Source of the DNA: Schmidtea nova
Taxonomy: Eukaryota
Length of the DNA: 64,000 nt
Assembly: GCA_044892505.1 (NCBI GenBank)
Contig: CM097883.1
Span: 163,928,001 to 163,992,000 of the forward strand
Reading direction: 5' to 3'
The translations under genes were made by a program, and so were the position numbers. Position 1 is the stretch's first letter. The number at the start of each line of letters is the position of its first letter. Positions 11,345 through 25,535 of this stretch are shown here, piece after piece. The notes beneath the pieces are model-generated. The model had not been told where the DNA came from, searched no databases, and saw only the letters and a list, made by a program, of their open reading frames with translations.

Positions 11345-11545
11345 ACTCATGTAAACATATTTTAGAGGAACGAAACTTTACTATATTTACAGATCATAAA
11401 CCTTTGGTACATGCCATAACTATGAGAGACTCACCTCCTCGACAACAGAGACAAATCTCATTTATTGCTGAATACAATTGCACAATTACATTTATAGCTG
11501 ACAGAGAAAATATTGCTTCCAATTGTCTTTCTAGAAGTTATGAAG
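11345..11545 (+). pseudogene. Isolated Ty3/Gypsy RNase H C-terminal fragment
   Basis: Translates as HILEERNFTIFTDHKPLVHAITMRDSPPRQQRQISFIAEYNCTITFIADRENIASNCLSR, the typical TDHKPL...N..AD.LSR block. Confidence 0.8.
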
Positions 11546-11589
11546 ATGCCATTTTTTATGAAGATGCTCTTCTTGATACCTTGGCTAAT

Positions 11590-14255
11590 CCAAAAGTTTT
11601 TAAGCATCTTTGTGTTGAAATCATCCACAGGTCAAAGGTTGTTGGGGGTACTTTTATCAACTTGATTTTATTTGAAAGTGGTGACCATTATCATTATGTT
11701 GCAGTCACAGATTTTGAGACAACAAATCTCTTTCGATTGCTCGCGTACAAAGTATATGGTGTCATCGATGTTGAATGGATTTCGAAAACAGGAAGCATTC
11801 GATTGTCATCAAGAGTTGTGTGCTAAAAACCAATTAGGCACAACTCTTTATACTCTGCTTAGAAATAAAAATTTTACTAATTGGGAAAAAACAATTACTC
11901 CACCTTTTGTAATTTATGCCAATTTTGAGGCAATCTTAACTACTGACGATATTTATTTTCAAAGACATGTTCCCATTTCATCAGGACTTTTATTTGTAAA
12001 TAACTTTACAGGTTGAAAAATATACAAGAGTTTCTTAGGTCTTGATTGCGTTACTAATTTTCTTTCAGAAGTTAATCACTTGTCGGAATCAATTGTTTAT
12101 CCCTTTTTTAAAAATAATTATAAAAAACCTCTTTTCATAACTGTGGCTCATCAGCAAGCTTTTTCTTCTGCAACCCTCTGTTACCTTTGTAAAATGACTT
12201 TAGTAAGACCGGTTAGGGATCACGACCATTACACTGGTGAATATTTGGGGCTGCTTGTAATTCATGTAATCAAGCCCGTCGAATTTACAAGTTATTGCCT
12301 GTCATTTTTCACAATTTAAAGGGTTATGATCTTCATCATATCCTTAAATATGGATTATCGAACTTAAAAAAAGGGAAAATATCTGTGATTCCAGTTACTA
12401 GTGAGAAATTCTTGACTTTATCTGCTCGAGTTGGTGCTTTAACTATTAAATTCATCGATTCATTAGTTTCTTAATTCTAGTTTAAATGACACTGTTAAGA
12501 CTCTTACTTGTTTACCTTTGACTTGCTCAGAATTCACTGGGACTATAGTTGATTGTTAAAGGATTTTTCCTTATAATTTTGCTACATCTTAAGAAATTCT
12601 TAACAACACTTATGCGTTGCTACCAATCTGTGAAGGCGTTACTCAATCCGAATATGACAAGGCATTGGTGATTTGGTTGGAACCATAGTGTCAAACCTTT
12701 TGTGGTTATACGATGGTTTACCTTATACTTGATGTATTTCTTCTTGCCGATTTCTTTCACGAGTTTAGGGCTAAATTGATTGCTCATAATCGACTTGAGC
12801 CATTGATTCTTTGGGGATTTCAAGTATGTTGGAGTCTTCTGCGCGTATTAACTTGGATAAACCTATTGAGTTGCTCCAGAATATGGAGATTTATAATTTC
12901 TTTGAAGGATTGATCCGTGGTGGTTTCACATTTGTCAACAAGCACCATGTAGTGTCCTTTGAAAGGATAGAATTGCTTTACATTGACATTAATAATTTAT
13001 ACGGGTGGGTTTTAAGCCAAAAATTACATGATGGGAAATTTGAATGGATTACAGATCAAAATCAATTAAATAAAAAAAATAAATTTAATCGATGCTGATT
13101 TAACTATATTGACTTATGGTGTTACTTTTGAAGTGGATCTCGAAATTAATTCTGAAATCCACGATAAATTAAATGATTTCCCCATGGCAGCAGAAAAAAT
13201 ATGTGCTTCGTGTTCAAAAGCTGAGAACTTGATGCTTACGCATTATTCCAAATCGAACTATGTTTTTCATTTGAGGCTTCTCAAGATTTATCTTTCATTA
13301 GGGGTTAAAGTCACTTAAGTACATGGGGCTGTTCTATATAGACACAAACACCCAACTTCGGACCGCTTCTTCAACGGCTCTTGACAAGAATTATTACAAA
13401 CTACCTAATAATAGTCTTTATGGTAAAACTGTCGAAAACCTTAAGAAAAGATTAAATTTAAGGTTGTGTAATTCAGCATCAAAGCTGATTACGTATACTT
13501 CAAAACCCACTTTACAAAAAACATAAAATTGACAATGACTTAATATCTGTACTTCTTAATAAAGACTCTGTGTGCTTAGATAGACCCAGTTACATTGAGC
13601 AAATCGTACTGGATCTATCTACACTTAGAATGTATATACTCTAATATAAAGAATTGCAACAATATCCCAATGAATTCAACTGTGAGATTATTATAGTTGC
13701 CGGTGATACAGACTCTTTCTTTCTTGAGGTTAAAAATTGTAAGTTGGATACTCTTTTGTCTGCCATGGTTATAGATATGTTTTTGGATACCTCAAATTAT
13801 GACCCGGAACATCCTTTGTATTCTAGAAACCTTGATTTCGTCATTGGAAAATCAGATGAAAATAAAGGTAAGAAATATAAGAAATGGGTTTTTCTTAGAC
13901 CAAAGTGTTATAGTTTGTTTGATAAAAAGATTCTATTAAAGCGAAGGGAATAACATTGAAGGGCACTGACTTAAAACATCAGTCTTATCTGGATTGTTAT
14001 CATAATAATTCTATAGTTTCCATTGAGCAGTCTCGATTTGTAAGTAAAAATCATCAAATCTTTAGTAATAAGTCTACAAAAGTTTCCTTGACTAATCTTG
14101 ATGACAAAAGACTTTGGATAGGTAAAAATCAGAGTCTTACTTATGGTCACTATAGGGGTATAGATGTGGTTATGGGGGTTAATAATGTGGAAGAAGAAAT
14201 CAATAATGCCGACGATTGCGATGATGTTGTTTTTCTTCATATTTTTAATAAATAA
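11590..14255 (+). pseudogene. polB: Second PolB copy: 5'-truncated, frameshifted, divergent subfamily
   Basis: Fragments are colinear with copy 1 from about aa 330: VEIIHRSKVVGG, YANFE, DHDHYTG, YIDINNLYG, KLPNNSLYGK, AGDTDS, RPKCY. Many stops and frameshifts. Confidence 0.92.
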
Positions 14256-14836
14256 ATTTTTATTTAAAAAATTGTTTTCATTGTTGTTCGAAAATTTAAT
14301 GTTTTGAGATTGTTCGAATTATTTGGGGAAAATCTTTGGGAAATGTGGGAGTCTTTTTGTAAAAATTAGTCGGATGAGATTTCAAGAAAATATATTTTGA
14401 CCTTTTTCAAAATTTTAGAAATTGTGGGAGTCGACCTTTTTGCACGTAAAATTTGGTAGGATGAGACAGAATTTTCATGTTTTTACGTTTTTACCTTTTT
14501 TGTTCGTCGTTCAATTATCAGTAGATAGATAAAAAAATATTGAAATTTTGGATTCCGTGTAAAATGTGGTGGGTTGAGATTTCAAGAAAATATTTTTTTA
14601 CCTATTTTGTTCCGCATTCGAATAAAATTATTTAATTCTGATGAAACCTTTACTAATTGTGACTTTATCCGGTGTTTTTGATTTGGGAAATGTGGGAGTC
14701 TATTTTACGTGAGAAATTGTAAAATTTTCATGTGTTCTTTATAAATATTGTCAAAAATTGAAAAATTTCACTTATTTTAGATAATTTTACAAAACAAATT
14801 CATTAATTTTGATAATTTTACATAATTTAATTTAAC

Positions 14837-15070
14837 TGTAAAGAATAAGAATGACTTTTGAAGTTCTAAAACTTTATTTATGAAATCTTGGTACTATTAA
14901 TAGTACCCGGTGTGCCGATACCAGCACAATCAGCAAAGCTTCTTGGGAAATAATAAGCAATGATGTCATCTGAGGACCCAGTCAATCAAGCATAATCAAT
15001 CACACATGCAGGCATGACACAATATATAATAGGGGTTAGGGAAATCAAAAATACCATTATAATTACATCA
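14837..15070 (-). repeat. Gypsy 3' LTR (234 bp)
   Basis: Direct repeat of 19438-19672, preceded on the minus strand by a polypurine tract. Confidence 0.95.
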
Positions 15071-15266
15071 AATCCCCCTCGTTTTAAATGACTTAAGCCA
15101 TTCCATACCTGTTATCTTGCTTGTTTCTGAGATCTTCCTTGACGAGTACCAATTCACCGACTCCGAAAGATCTATGTATTCGATTTTCCAGATTATAATT
15201 ATTTATACGGTTCAATGATTCAATATTCAATGCTATTTCATGTTTTTTTTGTTCTTTAGCATTAAT

Positions 15267-17955
15267 TTATGGACCATTAGTAAAACGCTCTTTGCAAAAT
15301 GTTCTTCCATAAATTACTTCAACAGAACTAACTTTTATACTTGACTGCATTGTTGAATTCATTGCAAATTCTATATGAGGAAATGCTTCTTCCCATGTCT
15401 TAAACTGTTTCTCTTCCAAACAGCAGGAAATCCAGTCTCTTAGCATTCTAAATTGCCTTTCAATTTGTCCATTAGATTGATGATGATAAGGACTTGAATA
15501 AACAATCTTCAAGTGATACTTTACTGCCATATTTTTAAAAGCTTGGGATTCGAAACATTTTCCTTTATCAACATGAATTTCCTTTGGTGGTCCAAACTTC
15601 AATATCCACGAACTTTCCAGATTATCAATTAATGTCTTTTCTTCTTGTGTTCTTACAGCTTTTAATAATATATATTTACTAAAATAATCTATTATAGCCA
15701 TCATATATCTTTGGCCAGATGGTGTCATTTTAAAAGGGCCACAAAAATCAATATATATTTTTTCAAATGGTTCATGCGCAATTAGTTTTTCATTAACTTC
15801 TTTTGTTTTACCAGTGAATGTTTTACGTTTCTGGCAAATTTTACAAGTTGTGATAATTCTCTTAATACTTTTGTCCATTTCTTGGAAATTATAATAATTC
15901 TTTATGTAGCTTGTCGTTTTGTTGATTCCTGCATGACACAATTCTTAATAGATTTCTAGTATAAAATCGTTTTTCAAATATGAAGGAATATATATTTTAT
16001 TATTATGAGTCATAATAATTCCATTATCCACATAATAATCTTCAGTTTTTGCCGTTCTGTATGTTTTCTTTTATTTCCATTATTTCTTCAGAATTACTTT
16101 GCCATTTAAATATTTGATCTTCTATCGACATTCCTAAAATTTTAGTTTTAATTCTTTCTGCTTTAGCATCAATATGATTCATCTGACATTGTGTGCAATT
16201 TCCAATATTCAGTCGTGATAGTGCATCCGCATTATTGTGTTTCTCACCTTTGCGATATTCTAATTTCATGTCCAAACTACTTAAAAAATTTATCCAATTT
16301 TGAAACTGAGCGGTAATTGGTTTTTTTGTAGTTAACATAAATGTGATTGCCTTATGATCAGTTCTTAAAATAATTTTTTTTCCGTACAGATAATGTTTAA
16401 AATGCTGTGTAAAATGGAAAACAGATAATAATTCCTTTCTTGTTATACAGTACCCAATTTCATGTTTATTCATACTTTTTGAACCATATGCGATTATCTT
16501 TTCTTCATTATCGTCACCTCTTTGTGATAAAACAGCACCAATACAATCAAAACTAGCATCGGTGTCTAAAATGAACGTTTTATTAAAATCCGGATGACAT
16601 AGTAATGGTGCACTGATCAAACTATGTTTTTACTCGTCAAAAGCTTTTTCACATTGTGATGTCCAAATAATACTTTTGCTTTTACCTCCAATTAAAGATT
16701 CCAATGACCTAGCTATTTTTGAGTAATTTTGAATAAATTTCCTAAAGTAATTACATAATCCTAAAAAGCTCCTAAGATGTTTCACACAATTAGGCTGCTT
16801 TACATTTTTAATTGTTTCAATCTTAGACTCATGTGTTTTAATACCTTTTTCATTAATTATATGTCCAAGAAACTTTAATTCAGATACTAGGAACTTGCAT
16901 TTCTCAGGGTTAAATTTTAGTCCAGATTTCCTAATTCTAAGGAAAAGCTTATTTATTCTTTTGCTTTGTTCTTCAATAGTTTTCGAAAAGATCAGTATGT
17001 CATCTAAATAGACTAATGCTTCATTCCACATCATATCTCCAACTATTAATGTCATAAGTTTTTGAAACGTTGATGATGCGGCAGCTATTCCAAAAGGCAT
17101 CCTATTAAAGCAAAATTGGCCCTGTCTTTTAGAAAATGTTGTTTTCAATTTACTCTCTTCATCCAATTCAACTTGATAATAAGCCTTTCTTAAGTCGATC
17201 GATGAAAAATATTTGGCCCCATACAAAGAATCTAGCATTTCATCAACATTGGGAATCGGAAACGCTGGTCTTACTGTATTTGAATTTAAAATTCTAAAAT
17301 CCAAACATATTCGAATTTCAGAAGTTCCCTTTTTTGGCACACATACTATTGGTGAATTCCAAGGTGATTCACATTTCTCTATAATTTTATTTTCTTCTAG
17401 GTTTTTAAAAATTTCCTCTAGTTTTTCCTCATAGTGCATTGGTTGTCGCCGTGGCTTAATTGGTATTGGATTGCAGTTAGTTTCTATTCTGTGCTTTAAA
17501 ATATCTGTTTTGCCTATATCCCATTTATTACACATAAAAATATCTGAGAATTCAATAATTATTTCATATATCGGATTGCATCTTTCAATTTTCAATATTT
17601 CATTAATATATTTATTTTTATTATTTAATTTTAAATTATAACCAAATTTTGTTTGCAAACTGAGGACATTTTCATTACAAAATTCAACTAATTTAATATT
17701 TAAAGAATTCAATATATCTATTCCTATAATTACTTCTGGGTATAATTCCTCTGCAACGAAAAATTCTCCAGTTATTTCTTTATTGTTGAACTCTAACCTT
17801 AAAGAAACTTTCCCTAAAATCCCTAACATGCTACCGTTGGCACAAGATATCTTTCTATTTCCTTCATTAAAATATTTTAAATTCAGTTTTTCAGCAATCA
17901 TTTTAGATAAAATACTTATCTTTGCTCCTGTGTCAAATAATGAATTAAAAGTCAC
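15267..17955 (-). pseudogene. pol: Gypsy pol (protease-RT-RNase H-integrase), disrupted
   Basis: ORFs 16630-17955 (PR/RT), 16042-16620 (RH, same frame after one stop) and 15267-15941 (integrase: IDFCGP, DKGKCF, SNGQIER). Confidence 0.93.
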
Positions 17956-19437
17956 ATTATTCGATTTAACATTATTAAATGGTCTACCATCTACCTTACA
18001 ATATCATATATCCTATATATCTTTAATAACATTTACACTCAGTAATTTTAATTTTTTATTAAATATATTTAAAATAAATTCTTTTTTATAACAATCACTC
18101 ACAAATATACAGTCATTCTCATTTTGTTCATTATTACAATTATTAATTAAATAAAAATCATAATCAGATTTTTGATTGGGGAAAAATCAACATTAACATT
18201 ATCAAACAAACAATCAACCAAACAATCATTACATTCAACATTTAGGGTCCTCAAAAATTTATCATTGCTTACATGTGATTTATCGTTCCTAACATATCCC
18301 CTCTGCTCGGAGCTTTGGCATTTCTCGATATCTCTGACTGTACATCATAGTCTCTCGATTCGTCATCATCTACTGCAGCCACGCGATCTCCATTGTTTCG
18401 ATCATTTTCTTGATTAAAACTTCGATTGTATCGATTGAAATTTCCATTGTTTTGATTCGAAGTTCATTGAAATCTCATCTCGTAGTGATGTTGTTTATGA
18501 AAACATTGAAAACTTAAATGACCTGCTTTTCCACAACACGAACAACGAATATTTGGGCATTCTCGACGAATATGACCAATTTCACGGCATGCGTAACATT
18601 GCACTTTTGAATATTGATCTGAACTTCGATTTTGATAAGTGTTTCCATTTTGAGGTCTTCCACTGAAATTTCTACTGAAATTCCTTTGATAATCTGATCG
18701 TCCTTGAAATTGATTTCTTTGTAATTTTGAAAATTCATTTTTATCAATTTGATTTCACTGATTTCCATAACTATTTCTTTTTTCATTAGAATTGTATCGA
18801 CCGTTTTTCACAATTGACGCTTAAGAGGCATTTCCAACGGCTGAAACTTGTTGTATCTTTGATTTATCTTCATCCAATTTCTGTAAAATTCTTTTAATAT
18901 ATTTATTTGCCGTTGTACCTTTCTGTACTGACTCTCCATCATTTCTGAAGTCTTCTTTCGATAATTTTACTTTCAGAAAATCTTCCGTCATTTCATATCT
19001 TTTTATTTCATGTTTTTCTTCTTCATTATCAAGACAATGCTTGAGGAAGAATGTTGTCAAATTTGACATTGTTAGCTTGTGCTTCAGAATTTTCTGAACG
19101 CCTTTCTAAATTTTGCTGATGTATGTTTCTGCATCATCTTCTCTTTTTCGATAATTTAGCAAATTTTCCAAATCTTTAGCTAAATCCTGGTTTACTTCGA
19201 ACGCTAGTCTAAGCCTTTTCACATAATCTTCTTCATCTGGAATCTTGTCATATTTGTTGCGGCAATTTTCGTCCAAATAAACTCGAACAAATACCTTTCT
19301 TTGACTATTGTCTAACTGAATAATTGAAAAATATGATTCAATCTTCTCATTAAATTCTTCCAAATCGTCTCCAATTGAATAAATTTTCAGCTGTGGGAGA
19401 ATCCGTAATAATTTCTGAGTTGAAAGCGTGGTCGCCA

Positions 19438-19672
19438 TGTAAAGAATAAGAATGACTTTTGAAGTTCTAAAACTTTATTTAAGAAATCTTGGTACTATTT
19501 ATAGTACCCGGTGTGCCAACACCAGCACAATCAGCAAAGCTTCTTGGGAAAATAATAAACAATGATGTCATCTGAGGATCCAGTCAGTCAAGCATAATCA
19601 ATCACACATGCAGGCATGACACAATATATAATAGGGGTTAGGGAAATCAAATATCCCATTATAATTACATCA
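19438..19672 (-). repeat. Gypsy 5' LTR (235 bp)
   Basis: Direct repeat of 14837-15070, immediately followed by the PBS on the minus strand. Confidence 0.95.
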
Positions 19673-19890
19673 CAGTACCAATCTAATAATACGAAGAAGT
19701 GGAAAATTGAATCTATGGGTAGTTTGCCTTAAAAAAAGAAAAGTTCTATTGAGACGGTATCCATAAAATATTTGAAAGACGGAGAAATGTGTAGCTTATA
19801 CTGCACATTACTTTGAATAAAGTACTTTTGATGTTTCTTGAAATTAACCTGTTTTCTTTAATAAGCATTTGCACATTATTAACTGGTAAA

Positions 19891-19894
<4 letters not shown>

Positions 19895-19982
<88 letters not shown>

Positions 19983-20112
19983 AATGAGTTGTTAATTTTT
20001 ATTTTTCTGGAAATATGTGATTAATTTTTATTATTGTCTCTATTATTTTTTTCGTTATTGTTATTATATTTGTGACGTGCGATGTACCACCCCCCCTTTT
20101 TTTGTGATTTTT

Positions 20113-20177
<65 letters not shown>
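19895..20177. repeat. (TA)n and (TTA)n microsatellites
   Basis: Pure (TA)n at ~19895-19978 and (TTA)n at ~20115-20177. Confidence 0.97.
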
Positions 20178-20179
<2 letters not shown>

Positions 20180-21129
20180 ATTATAAATTTTAAAAAATTA
20201 CTAACTATAGTAATAAACCCATAGAAGAAAAAAATCGATAGACAAATGAAAATTAAAACTGGAATTTTGAAAATAAATAAACTATAGAAACGGAATAAAA
20301 GAAACTAAAGAAACTTACAGAAACAATTAACAAGAGAAATTATAAAAACCTATATCAATTGAAAAGAGGAAAAGATAAAATAACCGATAGAAAAATAAAA
20401 ATTATCAAGCGATAAAATACGGAATTAAAAGTATAGGATTGCAATTAGTAATCTTACAAGCTGAAAAACAGAAATCAATAACTCCAAAGAAAGTTGTCGA
20501 AGTTGATCCAAACATAGTCAAAACAAATCCATCATAGTTGAAAGAAATTTATAAAGTAACTTTTCGTGGTTTTAACGATTGATTTAATACATTTTTCCTA
20601 AATCCGTTATATTGTTATTTTATTGTATATTTTAATTTGATTTTTATATTAACTGTGTAGATCTTCTAAATCGTTATAACATATTCAGACACCCCGACTG
20701 TCCCAACATAAATCGGTGATTCTCTCGGGTTCTACAAATTCCTCCCACAACACACATTTATTCTCAACATAAATACTAATATTAAAAAAACATTTTAACA
20801 CAACATAACACACACACATATATATATATACATACAGAGGCGCGCCGAGCTGTTAGGTCGCCAGAGTGCAAAATAATTTCTTGCCACTTCCCATCCTTTC
20901 TTAAAAAAATTACAAAAATATAGAAAATATTGCGTTAGACTTACCAAATTCTATAATAAAATTCTGCTTCTAATCTAACAAATTTTAATGTATATCTCTA
21001 CCTTTTTTCGAATTGTATGTTTCAAGTTTTTTAAAATAAAAATTTTTTATTGATTTTTATAAATTTTAAAACTTGAAATGTTGATTTGGTTCAAAAATTA
21101 AAACACTAAATGACTTTGACAAGATAATG

Positions 21130-21163
<34 letters not shown>

Positions 21164-21860
21164 GAAAATTAAGCTGAAGTGCGTTCACTGACAAAATAGT
21201 CGTAATTTGTTTTTTATTTTTCCAAATGAAATTCTCTTTGCAAAAGGTTTTTATTTTAAATTAGCCGTCCTTTAAATTAGCCTATCAATAGTAGTTTAGA
21301 AAATATGGAACAGTATCATTTTTATTTGATTTAAAATATTTTATTTAATTCTCATTTTCAATATTTCAAGAACAATTTCAAATCTTTATCAATTGAAAGG
21401 CATAAGGAAATTATAATTATGTTAAACAATACAAAATTATCATTATACATTATATTTTCCCGATTCTTTGAATTTGATAACATCTAGAAGTGGAGATAAT
21501 ATTTTCTTCATCACGGAAATTTCTGTCACCTAAAATTACAACAGCAATTTATGAGAAAATATTTGTTATATTACATATATTTGTTATAATGCCTAATTAA
21601 TAAATGACAATATAAGCCTTTGTTGTTATATGTGGATTTTCGATAATAAAATAATTAATTTTGATTTACTACAAATCTAAAGTTTCCAAATTAAAGAGGT
21701 AACTCTTATCAGAAACGGGGATATTCTATAAAAAAGAAGCACACACAAAATCTAGACAACTTCTGTAATAGATTCTAAAATATTATTTCATAATTGAAAG
21801 TTTTCACCTATTAAAATTTGCAACGATTCTTGTTATTTACTAATTATTTAACATTTTATC

Positions 21861-21865
<5 letters not shown>

Positions 21866-21949
<84 letters not shown>

Positions 21950-22336
21950 AAAGTCAAAAATGGTTGTCCGAAAATCTTTTCGATTTCACCAGTACAAATG
22001 TTTGGCCTCCTAACTCCCAGGACCTTAACCCTATGGATTATTTTGTTTGGGGTGCAGTTGAAAAAGACACCAATTGTTATGCTAGAAATACAAAAGCCCA
22101 GTTAATGGATAAAATTAAAAGTGTTTTTGAGGCCCTTCCCAGGGAGACTGTAGCATCAGCTTGTTCCGAAGCAGGATTGAAGCTGTGATCGATGCTAATG
22201 GTGGTTATTTTGAGTGAAACTTGTTGATAATATTGTAATTTCTGTACCTGTTATTTTTTTTCAATTCATTAAATTTAGTAGTTACAAAGAAGATTTCTTT
22301 TTTACTTACGAAATTGTCAAATTTATTTCGAACACC

Positions 22337-22418
<82 letters not shown>
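21866..22418 (+). mobile_element. Tc1/mariner (DD37D/maT-like) 3' remnant ~21949-22339 flanked by (CA)n/(TA)n microsatellites
   Basis: WPPNSQDLNPMDYFVWGAVE motif. The terminus ...ttcgaacaccctg is followed by TA repeats. Confidence 0.8.
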
Positions 22419-22421
<3 letters not shown>

Positions 22422-22720
22422 TGTAAAAAATTAAAAGTTATAAAATTAAATTAAAAACCATATAACTGAAAGAAACGAAAATTTTATTTTTGCGTACCAT
22501 ATTTTACTGGCTGCATTGAAACTTCTGTAAAGTTCTGATTTGGAATTTTAGAATTTTTGTTATCGTTCAAGGTTGAACTATTGATTTGTTTGTTTTGTTC
22601 AACAGAATTGACTTTTACTGGTTTTCTTGTATTTATCCTTTAAGAAAAAAAATTAAAATACACATTGAATGAAATTTCATTGTTATCAATATATATATAA
22701 ATATATGTATATATATATAC

Positions 22721-23401
22721 TAGGGTTGCCACATGTTGAGAGGCTCAAAGTAGGACAAATCAATAACCAAAAAAATGATGAATAAAAAACAATTCAGTAT
22801 ATTTGTAAATTAAAGATTTTTTTACACATAGCAGTTTTAATTTATTATGTGTATTAGACAGTATTTACATTGTCCTTGAGAATCATTACATTTTTTGAGC
22901 CATTTATACTCCTGTAGCCAGCTATCATTAAAATCACATTTCCTTTTTTGTTGTAATGTTCATTCTAGCAGTATAGTTGTTAAAAATGTATTTTTAAATT
23001 TTTAATGATATTCTAAATAAAATTTAAAATAATTTCCATTCTTTATTTAATACTTAATATTAAAACATTAAACATTGATTTACACTTACCTATTCAGTGA
23101 ATAAATTTTGTTTTAACTTAATTTAACTGATTTTAACAAATCTTTATTAAATTTGATTTTATAAAAATAAATAAAATCAAATACATACAAACATGTTTGA
23201 AAAAATTCTAGATGCCTTTGCTTTGAATTTTAATTAGAAAAATATTTTTAGTTAAAATTTTTTTTGCTAAATTTAAAGGGAAAACGGTTCAAAGTAGGGT
23301 AAATAGTTCAATGTAGGACAATTTCCCTTTCATGTAGTACATAGGACAAATATCCAAATTGTAGGACTGTCCTACCGAAAGTAGGAAGTGTGGCAACTTT
23401 A
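22721..23401. mobile_element. Non-autonomous hAT (Tip100-like) MITE
   Basis: TIRs tagggttgccac / gtggcaacttta with a perfect 8-bp TSD atatatac. Subterminal gtaggac repeats are present. Confidence 0.88.
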
Positions 23402-24427
23402 ATATATACCTATTAGAAATTTTAAAAATTAGTTTTTGTTGACAAATTAATTTACTTAAACAAAAATGGTTGTCAGAGAGAATGTTAAATTTGAAATATC
23501 TTTGTAGCCATTTTTTAGAACTTAATCCGTTATCCTTACACTATACGAAGAAAGCACTTAATAGTGTTACTGTGCTAGTCATATTTTTCAAATATAATTT
23601 TATTTATAAATATATGTATTTATTAAAAGTCTTAATTTATTCTATAAAAATTATTTATAATTATTTTAAAATTTTTAGCTTCGTTTAAATTCATTTCTTA
23701 CCGATTATAAATCAATGATTTTATTTATTTAATATACATTTTCAAAAGATTTGAAAACACATGTACCGAAAATTTTTGTTGAATAGAAAATAACATTGAC
23801 CTATATTTTAAAAGAATGAAAATAAACAAAATTGTAAATGAAAAAAGATTAAAGGTGAGGAAATTAAAAAAATATTATTCATAGATTTTTTAGTTTAATC
23901 TAGAGTTTGTGAATTTCAGAGGGTTGATGAAAGAAAAAGTTAATCTCATCTACCCGGGAATGTTAACTATTTATTTGTTTATATTCTAGAATTAGTTGCT
24001 GAAATTTTCAAAACAAGACTGATTTATTTATAACTTACGAATAATGAAAAAAATTCCGACATTATTTAATATAATTTCTGAATATTACTACATTAACAAC
24101 TAAGAAATAAGAATAAAAATTGCGATACGAAAATATCGGGGATGTTAATTTTTCTAAAGTTATATCAGAAATTTATTATATAAATATTTATAATACAAAC
24201 AAGACTGATCGATTTTACGGAGCTAATTATTATTAGTTTGGACGAAAAGTAATTGCTGTTTTTATTCGTTTAAACTTTGATGCTCATTTTTTATTATTGT
24301 TAAATTATTAATCTAATTATTAATTTAGTAATTAATTTATTTATTAATCCTCTTTTTATTTATATTAATTTTTTTTGTTTTCGTTTTTTATGTAAAATAT
24401 TTGCGGTTTATATTAAAGATGGAAAAT

Positions 24428-25535
24428 ATGCAAATTCGATCGATTTTCTTGAATGAGTTCAAACTAAGCCATTATGCAGTGGTTCTCAACTAATTTAAAA
24501 GCGCGGAACACCATTCACATGATTTTTCTACACGGAACACTGTCAAAAAATACATAAAAAAATTCACAAATTTACAAATTCACATATTATTTAATTTTTG
24601 AATAATGAAACGACTTTTGAACCATCCTCTATTAATAAATGGTCTTGAAGATAATAAATATAAATGCACATTACCAAAAAACAAATTTATTCAACAAAGA
24701 AATACACGAAAAAAAATTAATTGAGGGTTTTGATGATATGCATCTTAAATGCAAATTTAAAGATAAAATATAGATTTTTTCGCGAAACACTGAAAGCGGA
24801 TTCGCAGAACACTGATGTTCCGCGGAACACGGGTTGAGAACCACTGCCATAATGCATAGGAAGCTGCTAGCAATATCATCCAAGCATTTGGCCAGAAGTC
24901 GGTCAACAAACGTACAGCTTGGTATTAGTTCAAGAAATTTCATAGTGAAGTTGAGAGCCTTGAAAATGCGCAGGGTCGTGGACGTCCTTCTGCAATTGTC
25001 GACGACCAATCAAGGGCAATTATTGAAGCAGATCCATGCAAAACAACTCGAGATCTTGCAGTGCAACTGAAAATTGGTCATTCAAAACAGTTGTTCGACA
25101 TTTGTACCAAGTTAGAATATGAAAGAAGCTTGGCAAATGGGTGCCACACAAATTAAATGAAAATCAAAAATTTCGCCGATACGAAGTCTGCTCTGATCTT
25201 CTTTTGCGCAACAAAAACGAGTCATTTCTTGATCGCATTGTGATATGTGACAAAAATGGATTCTATTCCACAACCGATGTCGTTCCGCGCAGTGGCTGGA
25301 CGTAGATGGAGCTCCAAAACATTTCCCAAAACCAAATTTCCATAAAAAGAAGGTCATGGTCAGTGTTTGGTGGTCAACAAGTGGATTAATATACTAGAAC
25401 TTCTTCAATCCTGGCGAAACTATAACAGCAGAGAAGTATTGTCAGGAAATAAACAAAATGCACCACTAACTTCACCGTTTACGTTCATCATTGGCCAATC
25501 GAAACGGACCAATGATTCTCCATGACAACGTTCTA
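24428..25535 (+). pseudogene. Decayed mariner transposase interrupted by a MITE
   Basis: MQIRSIFLNEFKLSH start, GRGRP, KWVPHKL, FLDRIV..D and HDN motifs across several frames. Confidence 0.88.
24477..24846. mobile_element. hAT (Buster/Charlie-type) MITE nested in the mariner
   Basis: TIR cagtggttctcaac at both ends; 8-bp TSD ccattatg / ccataatg (1 mismatch). Confidence 0.9.

Larger units (their letters stand above)
14837..19672 (-). mobile_element. Full-length decayed Ty3/Gypsy LTR retrotransposon
   Basis: LTRs at 14837-15070 and 19438-19672 (TG..CA; about 9 substitutions and 1 indel). PBS TGGCGACCACG (tRNA-Arg type) follows the 5' LTR and PPT GAGGGGGA precedes the 3' LTR. Domain order is gag (two CCHC knuckles ~18510-18605), PR (LFDTGA), RT (YLDDIL), RH (DTDAS, TDHK), IN. 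An in-frame stop lies at 16630 and frameshifts are present. Confidence 0.96.

Noticed and set aside
19813-22420. ORFs with YIYIYI / HTHTHT runs
   Set aside because: They are translations of (TA)n and (CA)n microsatellites.
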